Below are positions 63,012 through 64,000 of a stretch of DNA of 64,000 bases, piece by piece (position 1 is the stretch's first letter; every line of letters starts with the position of its first letter). Under the pieces are notes generated by a model. It was not told the DNA's origin and ran no database searches. It worked only from the letters and a program-made list of their open reading frames with translations. The DNA is from Macrostomum hystrix. Lineage: Eukaryota; Animalia; Platyhelminthes. The DNA lies in contig CATNEN010000038.1 of assembly GCA_950097015.1 (NCBI GenBank), positions 29,450,001 to 29,514,000 on the forward strand, read 5' to 3'. The position numbers were made by a program, and so were the translations under genes.

Positions 63012-63630
63012 TCCTCCTTCCCAGCCGACGCTGCCGCAGATTCGCAAGCCGTCAGCGGCGCCGTCCTTGTCGGCAGCAGGAGTTCCCGCACAGGCACAGC
63101 AGCCGCAGACGGAGAACAGTCACGAGCGCGAACTGCGCGCACAAATTGAACAGCGCCGCAGACGCCTTGAGGCCGGCTTGAATCCCACTGATCAGGTGCG
63201 CGATCAGCTGATGCGCAAGTCCGGCGGAGCGTCGGTGCTTGTGACGCCACCGCCTCCACCGGCCAAGCCGAAGCCGCTAATTCACCCGCCGGTGCCACCT
63301 CAACATCAACAGCAGCAACAGCAGCAGCCGCCGCAGGCGCAGCAGCAGCAAATAACGCAGTCTACTACCGTCGTGGGAATTCGTCGACCCGCTCTGAACG
63401 GCGATGCGCATACGGCACGTCCAGAGTCGTTTATAACCAAGGCCGAGGAATTGCGCCAGGCCATCATAAAGCAGCGACAACAGCAGCAACAGCAGCAGCA
63501 GCATCAGGCAGCGCCGCCTCTGCCACCAGATGATTTCAGAGACGAAGCCGCATCGTTGCAGCAGCCACGTAGTCGCGGATTCTTCATCGGCTCGAACGCA
63601 GCTGGCGAGGTTGTGAAGGGACCGCTCTAA
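50325..63630 (+). CDS. SHANK: Shank/ProSAP scaffold protein (N-terminal Ubl/SPN, ankyrin repeats, PDZ, proline-rich region)
   Basis: Phase-compatible exons: 50325-51896, 53159-53551 (QKCLQF, NYGLYCPP, GKFL.EER), 54719-54790 (LKYKRR), 55934-56042 (GLDPNF), 56723-56877 (GGAHLDFR), 56957-57124, 57815-57931, 58188-58611, 60419-60467, 60762-61201 (GFGFVLRGAK, LQYL..V), 62261-63630. The first exon and the 3' end are less certain. Confidence 0.9.
52395..52625 (+). mobile_element. SINE-like family B copy
   Basis: CAACCTCCAAGGCGCAGTGAGAGTGTACACTGCC and GTCAGGGCAGATGTACACACCTGTG. Confidence 0.65.
55315..55810 (+). repeat. 24-bp minisatellite (CTACTCTCCCAATCTCACCCTTGT)n in a Shank intron
   Basis: About 20 copies. 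Confidence 0.95.
57163..57745 (+). repeat. 15-bp minisatellite (TTCCACTCTTCTAGC)n filling a Shank intron
   Basis: About 38 copies. Confidence 0.95.
58014..58181 (+). repeat. (CTA)n microsatellite abutting a Shank splice acceptor
   Basis: Imperfect trinucleotide run ending just before TTTCAG. Confidence 0.95.
58625..58895 (+). repeat. 24-bp minisatellite, same family as 55315
   Basis: About 11 copies of CTACTCTCCCAATCTCACCCTCGC, starting about 13 bp after a donor. Confidence 0.93.
60518..60732 (+). repeat. 20-bp minisatellite (GAACTGTTAGACAATCTCTG)n in the intron before the PDZ exon
   Basis: About 10.5 copies. Confidence 0.95.
62057..62157 (+). repeat. Intronic direct copy of a Shank coding segment (63364-63466)
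   Basis: About 100 bp of near identity; the copy has a GAA-to-TAA change. Confidence 0.9.
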
Positions 63631-64000
63631 AATAATTGAGTTTTGCCCGACTGCTTTTTTAGACATGTTTTTTCGGTATATCCTCTATTCGGTATTTGTC
63701 TGCTTCATTGGTATTTAACTAAGCGTTCTCCGCTCGTTTTGCTTTTTTCATTGTGACGGCAGGATAGTTTATTTACTCAATGCTTACATTATTTAAAGGG
63801 CTGTGTTTATTGCGGTCTGTCTTTCCCAAGGTAGTCAGAACTGCTCTTCTAAAAATTCAAGCTCGTAGTACTTTAATTGTCGAGAGCCAATTAATCTTTC
63901 TCACTTCAAAATATAGGTGGATGTTAATTTTGATTGATACCACATACTAACTTAAGATTGTACCAATTGACACCCCAGTATTGTTGTTTTAAGAGCGCAA

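Overview
Eukaryotic (animal) genomic DNA with GT-AG introns, GC-rich exons and many minisatellites. The style resembles a free-living flatworm such as Macrostomum; this is an inference and was not verified. Minus strand, left part: IMPACT (4 exons), RPL34 (2 exons) and the 5' part of POGLUT1/rumi, closely spaced. Next come two convergent intronless C-type lectin paralogues, a 2-exon rhodopsin-class GPCR, and a 6-exon MTMR3/4-type myotubularin with FYVE domain (minus strand; one GC-AG intron; a 5.7-kb 31-bp satellite in its last intron). The right part holds an unannotated 3-exon CaaX protein, an intronless ferritin, a possible degenerate TIR-like gene and an 11-exon Shank gene. Mobile DNA includes two solo LTRs (4-bp TSDs), hAT MITEs (8-bp TSDs), a MULE-like element (9-bp TSD) and two tRNA-derived SINE families. 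The most unusual structure is the set of minisatellites: many fill introns, three begin exactly at a splice donor with the GT lost in the later copies, and five arrays of different period share a CCCAATCT core. All coordinates were read by eye, so small offsets are possible.
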